DNA of 40,799 nt from a virus (Duplodnaviria; Caudoviricetes), in the IMG/VR virus record IMGVR_UViG_3300020045_002269, positions 1-40,799 of that record, one strand, 5' to 3'. The notes under the pieces are model-generated. The model searched no databases and was not told the DNA's origin. It worked only from the letters and a program-made list of their open reading frames with translations. Position numbers and translations under genes: made by a program. Of this stretch, positions 30,261-40,034 are shown in pieces (position 1 is the first letter of the stretch; the number at the start of each line of letters is the position of its first letter).

Positions 30261-33200
30261 ATGGCGAATAATTGTTTAAATTGGAAGAGTAAAGAAGTGG
30301 AGGAGTTGGCAAAGCAGGTTGGGGTAGTAAATACTCCAGCCTTTGCTGATAAAATAGGTACATGGTTAGATAAAAATCCAATTGTAGTTAATCAACAATA
30401 CGAAGGAGATGTTACTCCATCTGAAAATACTATATTTGTATTCGGCAGTAATCCAGAAGGTAGACATGGTGCTGGGGCCGCTAAGGTTGCTAGAAATAAA
30501 TTTGGTGCAATATATGGTCAAGGAGAAGGATTACAAGGAAGTTCATATGCATTACCAACCAAGGATTTAAGAATAAAAGAAAATAGTGGATTTCGTTCGA
30601 TATCAATAGATGATATAACTTCAAATATATCAAAAATGTATGAAGTTGCTAAACAAAATCCAACCAAAGAGTTTAAGGTTGCATTTAGGAATACCGATGA
30701 AAAATCACTAAATGGCTATACTGGATTAGAGATGATAGAAATGTTTAATAATGCTGGAAAAATACCATCAAATATTATATTTTCTAAAGAATGGAATGAT
30801 ACTGGATTATTAAATCTATCAACCGAGCAACAACTTCCAACGGCAGAACAAGTTAAAGAATACCTAGAAACTTCTAAACCTAAATCAATAGAGAAAGGTA
30901 AGGTAGTTAATCCTCAAGGTTTAGCTTATGCTGAATGTAGATTACCAGCATTGTGGAAAGAATTATTTGATGACCTATTTTGGATTGGTGAAAATAATGA
31001 TATAGATTTTAATAAAGTAAATGAACATCTTCCAGATTTATTAAAGGCATTTGGGTATCGTATTCCTAATGAGGATAAGTATTCATCACTACCATTAAAG
31101 GTAACTGGATTTTTACCAACAGGTTCTGGTGGTGCAATTATGTTGCCAGCAGAGATTACAACTATAAGTGGGAGTGACTACGATGTAGACAAGATGTACG
31201 TGATTATCAAGAAGTTAGCTAAATCTAAAGGTAAATTACAAGTAGAGCAATATCTTGACGAATCAAACTCAACTAAAGAACAACGTAAATTATTATATGC
31301 TAATAGAACAGATAAAGGTCGTAAGATTAAATCTGAATACAATGAGAAGATAAAAGATGCTAATGATAAAATTAAGGAATTAAAGAAGTTATCAATAGAA
31401 GATATTGGCTATCAACTAGATTTACTGGATGAAGAACTTGCCATTGCTAATAATCCAACACCAGAAGATATTGTTATATATAAAATATACGGTAAAGATA
31501 TAACTAAACCAGAATTTAAGGAATCAGTGGAGAAAGAAATTTATGAATTATATAAACAACTAGATGTACTGAATAAAAATACCAGTGGAGAGGTAGAGAT
31601 TGAATCGGTTAAAGAAGTTGTTGAACTTAGAAATAAACGTGATGAATTAATTAAAGAACGTGATTTAAAGGTTTTAGAGACGGTTTCAGATGAAGAGTTT
31701 GATAAGTTATCAATTGCCAGACAAAACACTAAGGGAGCTCGTGGTAATGAGAAATTAGATACATTTATTGGTATCTATTCAAATCCTCACACTGCTATGG
31801 ATATAATGACTCCAGGTGGTTATGAATCTATTAGAAAAATATCTGATAAGATTAATAAGAATAAATCTATACCTAAAGATATATTTGGGGCTGAAACAAT
31901 GGATGCTTTGACTATTCAGAATATTCAAGGTCGTGACTTGAAGGGTATTGCTGCTAATCATAACTCACATGCTTCTAAAAGACAATGGAGTAATCTTAAA
32001 TTGAACTTTCCAATAATGTTTGATGGTAGAACTAATGGTGCTGATATGTTGAATAGTAAGGTAGCTAATTCTGTATCAGGCAAACCAGTTAATATTACTC
32101 GTAACTTTGCTGAGATACTAGCTGCATCTGTTGATAATGGTAAAGACCCATTATTGGCTTCTATAAATTATAATCAACATACAGCCGATGTAATATCATT
32201 AATGCTTGCAACTGGAGCTGATATAAACACTGTATTTGCATTTATAAATCAACCAGTAATACTTAAGACTATCGAAATGATAAGTTTAGGTGAGGAAAGA
32301 GATTTATTAAGCGCATTGAAAACTATTGCTAAGTCAATGAGTGTTGAAACTAAAGTTGATAAAATTACTGTTACCAACTTCAATCAAGATAAATTATTTG
32401 AGATGATTGGCGGTGATTCAACTAGTGTCACTCAATGTCAAGTGCTTGCTAATATGATTAAATATACTGTTGCCTCTAAAGACTTTAGTGATTTAATAGC
32501 TGCGTCTAAAGCTGATACCAAAGGTATTGGTAAATTTATGGAAGAAGGTATTACTTTAATGAGAAATGTTAAGAAAGCATTAACACTTAAGAATATACAG
32601 AATACAGAGGAGTTTCTTAAAGGTAATAATGAAGAAGTTGCTGTAGATAATACTCCAGTAAAAGATGGTGTTGAAGATTTATTTAAACAGAATTCTGAGC
32701 TATCCAAGATTGGTGACAAACAACAATATTCCAACTATTTAAATAGTATATTTCCGAGTAGTAAGGTTAAGGATATTTTATATCATGGAACAACTAGTGG
32801 AAAATTTGATGAGTTTTCTAAAGAGAAATTGGGCGTTAATACTGAAGCCCCATCTGCTATGTTAGGATTTTTCTTTAGTAGTTCAAAGGGAAATGCTGGT
32901 GCTTATTCAATTGCAAATGACAAAGATTGGGCCACTAAAAGTACAGATGAAATTATAGAATCTAATGAAATAAAAAAACTTGATAATGAATTATATTCTA
33001 AACTAATTAAAGAAAGTGGATATACTGATAAAAGAGACCCTTCTGGGAATGGAGATGTTATAGTAAATAGTACTGGTGAAATTATTAATTTTGATAACTT
33101 TGAATTTGCTAATGGAATTTCTGAATTTACTGATAAACATAAAGAATTTCTAGATATATCTAAAGATATAGAAGATAAGGTAAATAAAATTAATTCCGAT

Positions 33201-34766
33201 AATTCAAATGAACAGCTTTATATGGTTGTGTTAAATACTGAATCCCCAAATATATTAGATAAAAAAGGCGAGTCTGGTAATATTGCTCATTTGATAAGAG
33301 GTTCTAAGAATAATGATTCTGTTATTTTAAAGAATTACAAAGACCCATTTATTTCTGATGTTTATGTAGTATTTGAACCAGAACAAATTCACATATTAGG
33401 TTCAAAACAAGACATAGATGGATTTAAACAATTTGTTAAAGAAAATAAATCTACAGAGAAATCAATTGACCAACGATTTAATAATATGTTTGCTAAATAT
33501 GGTGTTGAATTACCATTAGATAATATAATGTCTAAACTGTATCCATTCTTAAACGAATCATTTAGTACTATTAAAGACGTTATAGAGCAAGATTTAGGTT
33601 ATTCTATATCAGCCGATGATGCTAGATTAGTTGACCAAATGTTGGTACAATATTACTCTAGTAAATTTGAGTGGTATTCTAAGGACAATAAATTCAATAT
33701 TGTTAAGAATCTTCCTGGCGATATAAACTTCTTAAAAGCTACATATCCAGAGTTTGTTAAATCAGATGAAATTAAACCATTATTTGATGCATTAGTTTCT
33801 GGTACTGATAATAGATTGGGTATGGACATTATCGAATTCGATAATAGTCAAACCTCATCAGATGAACAACGTACTGATATTAAGAAGTCATGGAAAGCTT
33901 TGAGTAACCATAACTCTGAGTTAGTATTGACTAATGAGTTATTGAAGAGCAATCTACTTACCAATGAAGAGTTATCCCTACTAGAGGTTACTGATGATTA
34001 TAGGTCGTTCAATAACTTAAATGCTATAATGCAATTTGCTGATAAGTTTAAAGGAACTTCTGCTGAGAAACTGGTACAAGATTACTTATTTGATAAATTG
34101 GCAAATGATTTAATTAAGTATTCATTCTATACTACTGGATTAAACTTTACACCTAAATCAATATCAAGCTTAGTTCCAATTGATTTATATTCAACTATAT
34201 CATACAATGGTACATTAATGCCAGATATGATTTATGGTATCCAGAATATGCAAAATCCTGGTGTTAATAAATCATTTGATGAAAGTGGTAAGGAAATTTC
34301 TAATGTTATTGGTGGTACTGATGCTAGTATATTCTTAGACCAGTTCTATAAACATATGGCTGATAATCGTAAATTTGTACCTAGAGCTGAGTTTAAAGAC
34401 GGTGGTGGTAAGGATAATACTATTACATTGGTTGATGATAATAAGATAATTATCATTCCAGAAATCACTGAAAATGATAAGTTATGGACTAAAGATAAAG
34501 ATGGTTATTTAACTGCAACTAGTAGATACATAAGCTATAAAGTTGATGGCAAAGTTAGTCTTTATGAAAACGAGCCTAGTGGTGATAATGGTATGTTATT
34601 CTTTAGAAGAATTAATACATTAGGTGCTCAAGGATTATTATATGAATTCGATAGCAATGGTGGAGAATCATCAATAGTTCCTGGAAATAATATAGATAGT
34701 AGTATAAAAACAATGAAAGTTCCAACTAAAGAAGAGATTATGGAACGTAAAGAAGCATGTAAGTAA
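30261..34766 (+). CDS. virion RNA polymerase catalytic (beta-prime-like DPBB) part with inserted domains
   Basis: GYRIPNEDKYS...GSDYDVDK (DxDxD at 31176-31190), GIAANHN, ILAASVDNGKDP. Confidence 0.88.
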   Translation: MANNCLNWKSKEVEELAKQVGVVNTPAFADKIGTWLDKNPIVVNQQYEGDVTPSENTIFVFGSNPEGRHGAGAAKVARNKFGAIYGQGEGLQGSSYALPTKDLRIKENSGFRSISIDDITSNISKMYEVAKQNPTKEFKVAFRNTDEKSLNGYTGLEMIEMFNNAGKIPSNIIFSKEWNDTGLLNLSTEQQLPTAEQVKEYLETSKPKSIEKGKVVNPQGLAYAECRLPALWKELFDDLFWIGENNDIDFNKVNEHLPDLLKAFGYRIPNEDKYSSLPLKVTGFLPTGSGGAIMLPAEITTISGSDYDVDKMYVIIKKLAKSKGKLQVEQYLDESNSTKEQRKLLYANRTDKGRKIKSEYNEKIKDANDKIKELKKLSIEDIGYQLDLLDEELAIANNPTPEDIVIYKIYGKDITKPEFKESVEKEIYELYKQLDVLNKNTSGEVEIESVKEVVELRNKRDELIKERDLKVLETVSDEEFDKLSIARQNTKGARGNEKLDTFIGIYSNPHTAMDIMTPGGYESIRKISDKINKNKSIPKDIFGAETMDALTIQNIQGRDLKGIAANHNSHASKRQWSNLKLNFPIMFDGRTNGADMLNSKVANSVSGKPVNITRNFAEILAASVDNGKDPLLASINYNQHTADVISLMLATGADINTVFAFINQPVILKTIEMISLGEERDLLSALKTIAKSMSVETKVDKITVTNFNQDKLFEMIGGDSTSVTQCQVLANMIKYTVASKDFSDLIAASKADTKGIGKFMEEGITLMRNVKKALTLKNIQNTEEFLKGNNEEVAVDNTPVKDGVEDLFKQNSELSKIGDKQQYSNYLNSIFPSSKVKDILYHGTTSGKFDEFSKEKLGVNTEAPSAMLGFFFSSSKGNAGAYSIANDKDWATKSTDEIIESNEIKKLDNELYSKLIKESGYTDKRDPSGNGDVIVNSTGEIINFDNFEFANGISEFTDKHKEFLDISKDIEDKVNKINSDNSNEQLYMVVLNTESPNILDKKGESGNIAHLIRGSKNNDSVILKNYKDPFISDVYVVFEPEQIHILGSKQDIDGFKQFVKENKSTEKSIDQRFNNMFAKYGVELPLDNIMSKLYPFLNESFSTIKDVIEQDLGYSISADDARLVDQMLVQYYSSKFEWYSKDNKFNIVKNLPGDINFLKATYPEFVKSDEIKPLFDALVSGTDNRLGMDIIEFDNSQTSSDEQRTDIKKSWKALSNHNSELVLTNELLKSNLLTNEELSLLEVTDDYRSFNNLNAIMQFADKFKGTSAEKLVQDYLFDKLANDLIKYSFYTTGLNFTPKSISSLVPIDLYSTISYNGTLMPDMIYGIQNMQNPGVNKSFDESGKEISNVIGGTDASIFLDQFYKHMADNRKFVPRAEFKDGGGKDNTITLVDDNKIIIIPEITENDKLWTKDKDGYLTATSRYISYKVDGKVSLYENEPSGDNGMLFFRRINTLGAQGLLYEFDSNGGESSIVPGNNIDSSIKTMKVPTKEEIMERKEACK

Positions 34767-34767
34767 T

Positions 34768-37700
34768 ATGAATAAATGTCCAAATAAATCAAGTGGAGAG
34801 TATAAGAAATTATTCAAGTACTACGAGAATGAAAATGCTGTGTATTCTATGTATATTTCTAATGAAGACGATATACCAACGTTTCCTAATCTTACGGATA
34901 TAAAGAAAGATATGGGATTTGTTACAGCTTATTATACTGAAAGAAAGACCTCCAACATGATGAATCGTTTAGCCAAGTATAATGAGGTTCATAATACTCG
35001 TCATAGGATAGAAAAGACTGTAGATAAAGATGATGTAATTACACATAAACTACATTTAAACTTCACTCCTAAATATGCCAGATTAGATGGTGTTGAAAAG
35101 ATAGTTGAAGATAATGAAGTTGATGGTGTTATTTATGAACATTCAGAAGTAGATACAACTGTAGAAGATTTAGGTGATGGTACATATAATGTTGATGGTG
35201 AAGTAATTCCAGCAAGTAATTATACTGCTAGATATGCATTTCAGTTATCTAATAAAGCTAAGAAAACTAGTACTTCTGCGTTAGATGAATTTCTAGTAAA
35301 TTATCTAAGTAAATTCGGTATTACTGTTGAACAGATAACTAATTTTAAAGAGCAATTTGGTGTAGATGGTATTGCTGTGTCTGATATGCTCAAGAAAATG
35401 ATTAGTGTAGCTGAAGGCAAGGCGGATATTACTACACTGCCAGAAGAGGCTAGTCACTTTATTATAGAAATGCTTGGTGAAAATCATCCATTATTTAAGT
35501 CGATGGCTAATAACGTAAAAACTACTAAGGAATATGCTGCTGTAGTTGAAGAATATGGCGAGCTATATGACAACAACGAAACTAAGCTGATTAAAGAAGC
35601 TATGGGTAAAATACTTGCTACATATATAGTTGGTAAGTATAATGATAAAGGAATATCAGTATTGGATAGAATTATCAACTGGTTTAAAAATTCATTAAAA
35701 TCATTTAGTAAAACTGATTTACAGAAAGGTATAGATGATATTTATTCTAAAATTGCTGAAGGTATATTTAAAGATACGCTAGATATAAGTTCTGATAACA
35801 TTAAAAGTACTGATAAATATTTTCAAGTTAGTAATAATTTAGAAAATCTTAAGAAGAAGTTATCCGAGAATATAACTAGGCTTAATAACAGGGCTATTGA
35901 GGTTGCTAGAAAAACTGCGTCTAATGAAAGTAATGCAGTATCAGAGAACCTTAAAATGGCAGCCAAGATACTTAAAGGTAATTTAGATAAAGACCAGACT
36001 AAGTTAGCCATAACAAACTTTGTTAGTTTTATCAAGGCCAACGAACTTGAGCCTATGATGAAGACCAAGAAGTATTATGATGAGCATGATACTGAAGAAA
36101 TGTCTAGTAAGGATACTAAGGAGCTTATTGATATTACAACTGTTTATACGACTGTTATTGATGACCTTATGATAGCATTAGACCATCCAGAGTTCAAGGA
36201 TGTTAAAGAAGCTATAACCAAGGATGTTAATGAAGTATTACTTGCGCTAGCATTTCTAAAGATGGATGCTAAGAAGATGCATGAAAAGCGCATTAGACGT
36301 GTTCTAGAAGAAGTATCAGTTGTTTATACTGGCCCAGATGGAAAACAAATGCAATTTAACCCAGATGAATTACTTAATTCTAAAGTTGGTGATATTGGTT
36401 GGGTTGGCGCTAATGTTATGCCAATGCATTCAGTTAATGATGAGGTTCTTAAAATGGTTTGGAGTGTTGTAAATAATATACACAATGAAGCCCATAGAAA
36501 GGCTTATGATAATGGTAGAGTTTTGCATTACCTACAATCTAAGATGGAAGATGCTAGTTTTAAGGATATGAGTATCTTTAAAGAGAAAGATGAGCATGGT
36601 AATTTTACTGGATTTATGATTTCAGATAAAAACTGGGGTATATATAATAGAGAATTAACTGCTGTTAAAGAACGTATCAGAAAAGCATTAGGTGTTGAAA
36701 GTTATTACGATGTAGTTTATGAACAACTTGATAAGGATGGTCAAAAGGTATTTAAAAATGAATGGGGCAAATTTGCTGTTAAGTATAAAACACATGATGG
36801 AGCTGAATATCAGCCTAATCCTCCAGTAAATAAAGAGTTTGCTAAATTACTAGCAATGCATCCAACTGTAGCCGCTTACTATAAAGAGCTTGAGAAAATA
36901 CATATAGAGTCAAGAGAAAATTTACCTAGAATCTATAATTCATTGGAAAAATTCTATATGCTACCTCAGATTAGAAAAGATGATATGCAGATATTAGTTG
37001 ATGGTAATGATACATTATCAGTTAAGATGCGTAACTTAGGTGCTAGATTTAAAGATAAGTTTAAGATAGTTTCTGATGATACTGAATATGGTGACCAATC
37101 TGGTGATACCGTAATCAATGTACATGGTGCTGCTGAAAGAATGTTGCCAATATACTTTACTAAACCACTTGCTGATATGACTCAGTTATCTAATAATATA
37201 ACTGGTATGTATGCTCACTTTAGTGAAATGGCTTATAACTTTAACGGATTAGCTAAGAGGCTTGATGATTTATCATTAATTCAATCACAATTAGGTTCAA
37301 GAAGTGTTTATAAAACCAAGGATGATTTTAAGAGAAAGAAGGCTGTGCTAGGAGCTACTACTAACGAGTATAAGGCTATGGAGAATTTCTTAAAAATACA
37401 TGTATTTGGAGAGTCAGTTGATAAAGCTAATATAACAATTGATGGTAAGACTTATGATACTTCTAAATTCATTAGAAAAATAATTGGATATATTCGTGCA
37501 AAGAATTTATTTATGAATGTATTTACTGCTTTATCAGGTGGAATAAAAGGGAATATTGACTCAACCATTGATGCTGCTGCTGGAACTTATATTACTAAAG
37601 AATCACAATTATGGGCTACTGCTGAACTAGCTAAATCATTTGGTAGTTTTATGAAGGGTATGGTTACTAAAAATAATGTTGATAAAACTGTAATGATTTT

Positions 37701-38745
37701 AGAGCGTTCTGGCGCACTTAAGAATATGCATAGTATATTTGATAGATTGGATATAAATAATCCATTAGGTAGAGTTACAACTGAGGATGTGATATATGGA
37801 ATGTATGAGCCGTTCAGTACTCAAATTAAAGGTGCTTATGGACTTGCTATTTATGATAACAATAGATTGATTAATGGTAAATTCGTTGATAAAGCTACAT
37901 TCCAAGCTAACAATAAAGATAAATCAAGTTCCGAGGTTGATAAACTATGGTCTAGCTACAGAAATAAAAGTCTTTATAATGCTTATGAAGCTAAGGATGG
38001 TAGATTAGTTATTAAAGAAGAGTTTAAAAAGTATGTAACTCCAGAGGTTGAGAATAGGATTGAAGGGTTAATTAAAAGTAGAGTATCAGTTATTGAAGGG
38101 ACTTTAGGCACTATGGATAAAGGTGCTGCTCATACTGGTATTGCTGGTCAACTTATATTGCTTCACCGTGGTTGGTTAATTCAAGGTGCTACTGAACGTT
38201 GGAAAAAAGGTGGTGTTAATTATAGTACTGGTCAATATGAAGAAGGTTTTCATAGAACTTGTACAAGTCAGTTAATTAAGTTTTTAAAATATCAGGCTAC
38301 TAAAGAAGGTTTCTTAAAAGCTTATAAACCAGGATTAGAACCTTATCAGTTAAGGAATATTAAGCGTGGTTCTACTGATGTTGCATTCTCATTGGCTTTG
38401 TTCTCATTATATCTATTGGCACAATCTGCTGCTGACGATGACAAAGAAGGTTACTGGGCACAATTTATAGCATATCTTTCTACTAGAGCTTTACTTGAAC
38501 AGAATGCATTTACTAATCCAGTTGAGGTTATAAATATAATTAGTTCTCCATCGGCTGCTACTAGCACACTAGAAACACTATATGGTATATCTAAGGCTCC
38601 GTTTAAGAAAGATATTAAGTCTGGTGTATATAAAGGTAAGACATATTTTGAGAAGTCTTTAATGCAATTAAGTCCATTTAAGAATATGTATGAGCTGCAA
38701 GACCCTAAGTCTAAGAATAAATTTGTGAAGAGCCAGATTATTTAA
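34768..38745 (+). CDS. large virion cargo protein with degenerate zincin-like motif
   Basis: TLPEEASHF at ~35434-35460, helical body, C-terminal hydrophobic helices; follows the vRNAP gene as in crAss-like phages. Confidence 0.72.
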   Translation: MNKCPNKSSGEYKKLFKYYENENAVYSMYISNEDDIPTFPNLTDIKKDMGFVTAYYTERKTSNMMNRLAKYNEVHNTRHRIEKTVDKDDVITHKLHLNFTPKYARLDGVEKIVEDNEVDGVIYEHSEVDTTVEDLGDGTYNVDGEVIPASNYTARYAFQLSNKAKKTSTSALDEFLVNYLSKFGITVEQITNFKEQFGVDGIAVSDMLKKMISVAEGKADITTLPEEASHFIIEMLGENHPLFKSMANNVKTTKEYAAVVEEYGELYDNNETKLIKEAMGKILATYIVGKYNDKGISVLDRIINWFKNSLKSFSKTDLQKGIDDIYSKIAEGIFKDTLDISSDNIKSTDKYFQVSNNLENLKKKLSENITRLNNRAIEVARKTASNESNAVSENLKMAAKILKGNLDKDQTKLAITNFVSFIKANELEPMMKTKKYYDEHDTEEMSSKDTKELIDITTVYTTVIDDLMIALDHPEFKDVKEAITKDVNEVLLALAFLKMDAKKMHEKRIRRVLEEVSVVYTGPDGKQMQFNPDELLNSKVGDIGWVGANVMPMHSVNDEVLKMVWSVVNNIHNEAHRKAYDNGRVLHYLQSKMEDASFKDMSIFKEKDEHGNFTGFMISDKNWGIYNRELTAVKERIRKALGVESYYDVVYEQLDKDGQKVFKNEWGKFAVKYKTHDGAEYQPNPPVNKEFAKLLAMHPTVAAYYKELEKIHIESRENLPRIYNSLEKFYMLPQIRKDDMQILVDGNDTLSVKMRNLGARFKDKFKIVSDDTEYGDQSGDTVINVHGAAERMLPIYFTKPLADMTQLSNNITGMYAHFSEMAYNFNGLAKRLDDLSLIQSQLGSRSVYKTKDDFKRKKAVLGATTNEYKAMENFLKIHVFGESVDKANITIDGKTYDTSKFIRKIIGYIRAKNLFMNVFTALSGGIKGNIDSTIDAAAGTYITKESQLWATAELAKSFGSFMKGMVTKNNVDKTVMILERSGALKNMHSIFDRLDINNPLGRVTTEDVIYGMYEPFSTQIKGAYGLAIYDNNRLINGKFVDKATFQANNKDKSSSEVDKLWSSYRNKSLYNAYEAKDGRLVIKEEFKKYVTPEVENRIEGLIKSRVSVIEGTLGTMDKGAAHTGIAGQLILLHRGWLIQGATERWKKGGVNYSTGQYEEGFHRTCTSQLIKFLKYQATKEGFLKAYKPGLEPYQLRNIKRGSTDVAFSLALFSLYLLAQSAADDDKEGYWAQFIAYLSTRALLEQNAFTNPVEVINIISSPSAATSTLETLYGISKAPFKKDIKSGVYKGKTYFEKSLMQLSPFKNMYELQDPKSKNKFVKSQII

Positions 38746-38785
38746 AAATAAATCGACTATCACTACCGTGTACCTGTTAAAAATT

Positions 38786-38826
38786 AATAAAGGATGATAC
38801 AATTAAGTACCATCCTTTATTTTTTA
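38786..38826. terminator. bidirectional intrinsic terminator
   Basis: AATAAAGGATGATAC-AATTAA-GTACCATCCTTTATT hairpin (1 mismatch) plus T run, between convergent gene blocks. Confidence 0.85.
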
Positions 38827-38830
38827 TTAA

Positions 38831-38986
38831 TCACTTTCTCTTTAATTTTAAATAAATCCAGTGTAATAAATCAAACACTCCAAGCATATCAAATACTAGT
38901 GAAATTAATAAAATTGCATACGGTATTGCCAGTATTAATACAATTATTTCTTGCCATAAAGACATTTCGATATATATGGTATCCAT
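38831..38986 (-). CDS. small membrane protein
   Basis: Manual ORF of 51 aa, MDTIYIEMSLWQEIIVLILAIPYAILLISLVF...KLKRK; abuts the upstream gene and the terminator. Confidence 0.6.
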   Translation of the reverse strand: MDTIYIEMSLWQEIIVLILAIPYAILLISLVFDMLGVFDLLHWIYLKLKRK

Positions 38987-38987
38987 T

Positions 38988-39224
38988 TTAAAATCTTTTT
39001 ATACTAGTTACTATTACTTCTAAATCAGTATCCATAAATACCTCTTCATGTTCTTCTATAAAATTACGTTTAACAATATCTTCTAATTCTGATTGTAAAT
39101 ATTTATACAATCCAGATACATTAAATTCATAATCCTTTATTGATGATGTAAAGAATATATCATCAAATGTTACAGTTAATAATAAATTAGCTGCATATCC
39201 TATTTCTTCTTGTGGGTTATTCAT
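38988..39224 (-). CDS. hypothetical protein
   Basis: 78 aa acidic ORF in a tightly packed cluster. Confidence 0.65.
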   Translation of the reverse strand: MNNPQEEIGYAANLLLTVTFDDIFFTSSIKDYEFNVSGLYKYLQSELEDIVKRNFIEEHEEVFMDTDLEVIVTSIKRF

Positions 39225-39225
39225 A

Positions 39226-39450
39226 TTATTTTATTGCAAAATTAGTTTTAACCGAATAGAATCCATCAAATTTTATATGAGTAGACATTGGCCAACTAGT
39301 TAACATATCTCCAATTACTTTTGGGCCGCCACAACTAGTTAAACCAATACATTCTGCATACACTAATCCCTTATATCTTAGTGGATTAAATATTATAATA
39401 TCCCCAACTTTTGGTATATTACCAAATATATCTCTTCTTACCTCACTCAT
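39226..39450 (-). CDS. hypothetical protein (SH3/KOW-like start)
   Basis: DIFGNIPKVGDIIIF motif, common in small phage proteins. Confidence 0.65.
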   Translation of the reverse strand: MSEVRRDIFGNIPKVGDIIIFNPLRYKGLVYAECIGLTSCGGPKVIGDMLTSWPMSTHIKFDGFYSVKTNFAIK

Positions 39451-39452
39451 AT

Positions 39453-39611
39453 TTATCTATTTCTATTGTCAATAAAATAATCACATTTACTATCTACATA
39501 TTGAAAATCAGCATAACTTTGCATTAGACTGTCTGGTTTGGCAGTAAATCTATAGCAGCTATTCTGATTAGGACAATTTATAGGATTTTTACACATTGAA
39601 ATATCGCTCAT
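39453..39611 (-). CDS. small Cys-rich phage protein
   Basis: Manual ORF of 52 aa, MSDISMCKNPINCPNQNSCYRFTAKP...QSY...C; fills the gap exactly. Confidence 0.7.
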   Translation of the reverse strand: MSDISMCKNPINCPNQNSCYRFTAKPDSLMQSYADFQYVDSKCDYFIDNRNR

Positions 39612-39612
39612 A

Positions 39613-39894
39613 TTAAATTTCTCCTTCCGTTAAAACATATGGTGAGCAATTAAGATATAATAATCCCCAACCTTGTTCTATGATATATTTAGTAAGCTTA
39701 CATTCTTTATTAAGATATTCCCTACATTCAACAACCCATTCATCATGCTGTCGTTGAGTGCATGGGTATAATTTAAACCAGTCAGAACTTTGTAAAACTT
39801 CTTTTGGAAGTAATTCTACTAGTTTAGCAACTGTTATATTATGGTATTTTTTCAACCATAAATCTCTTAATTCGTCTTCATTTGGTATTTTCAT
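39613..39894 (-). CDS. hypothetical protein
   Basis: 93 aa in a packed cluster. Confidence 0.65.
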   Translation of the reverse strand: MKIPNEDELRDLWLKKYHNITVAKLVELLPKEVLQSSDWFKLYPCTQRQHDEWVVECREYLNKECKLTKYIIEQGWGLLYLNCSPYVLTEGEI

Positions 39895-40030
39895 CTTGTT
39901 TATATTTTTTAATTATATCATCATAATCATCTGGATGTAAAACAAGCAATCCAATTCCTTTTGGCTGAATATCTGATGATATAAATCTAATTTCCATTTC
40001 ACCTACATTCATTTGCGCTGTATAATCCAT
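39878..40030 (-). CDS. small hypothetical protein
   Basis: Manual ORF of 50 aa, MDYTAQMNVGEMEIRF...LHPDDYDDII; fills the gap. Confidence 0.55.
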   Translation of the reverse strand: MDYTAQMNVGEMEIRFISSDIQPKGIGLLVLHPDDYDDIIKKYKQDENTK

Positions 40031-40034
40031 AATA

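Noticed and set aside
30200-30300. Frameshift error, readthrough or split intein at the RNAP gene break
   Set aside because: Clean TAA, AT-rich spacer and ATG, with motifs repeated at the next junction; no intein blocks such as a C-terminal HN were seen. Readthrough is not formally excluded because the two ORFs are in frame.
13480-36068. Many short antisense or overlapping ORFs in the track (e.g. 15016..15330, 22793..23029, 23542..23799, 32438..32734)
   Set aside because: They are shadows of long, well-supported + strand genes.
8170-38745. Stop-codon reassignment (TAG/TGA), known in some crAss-like phages
   Set aside because: The giant ORFs are uninterrupted under code 11, and TAG (11288) and TGA (8535, 17787) sit at natural gene ends.
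38794-38991. 65 aa + strand ORF
   Set aside because: It starts inside the terminator hairpin and overlaps a better-fitting minus-strand gene.
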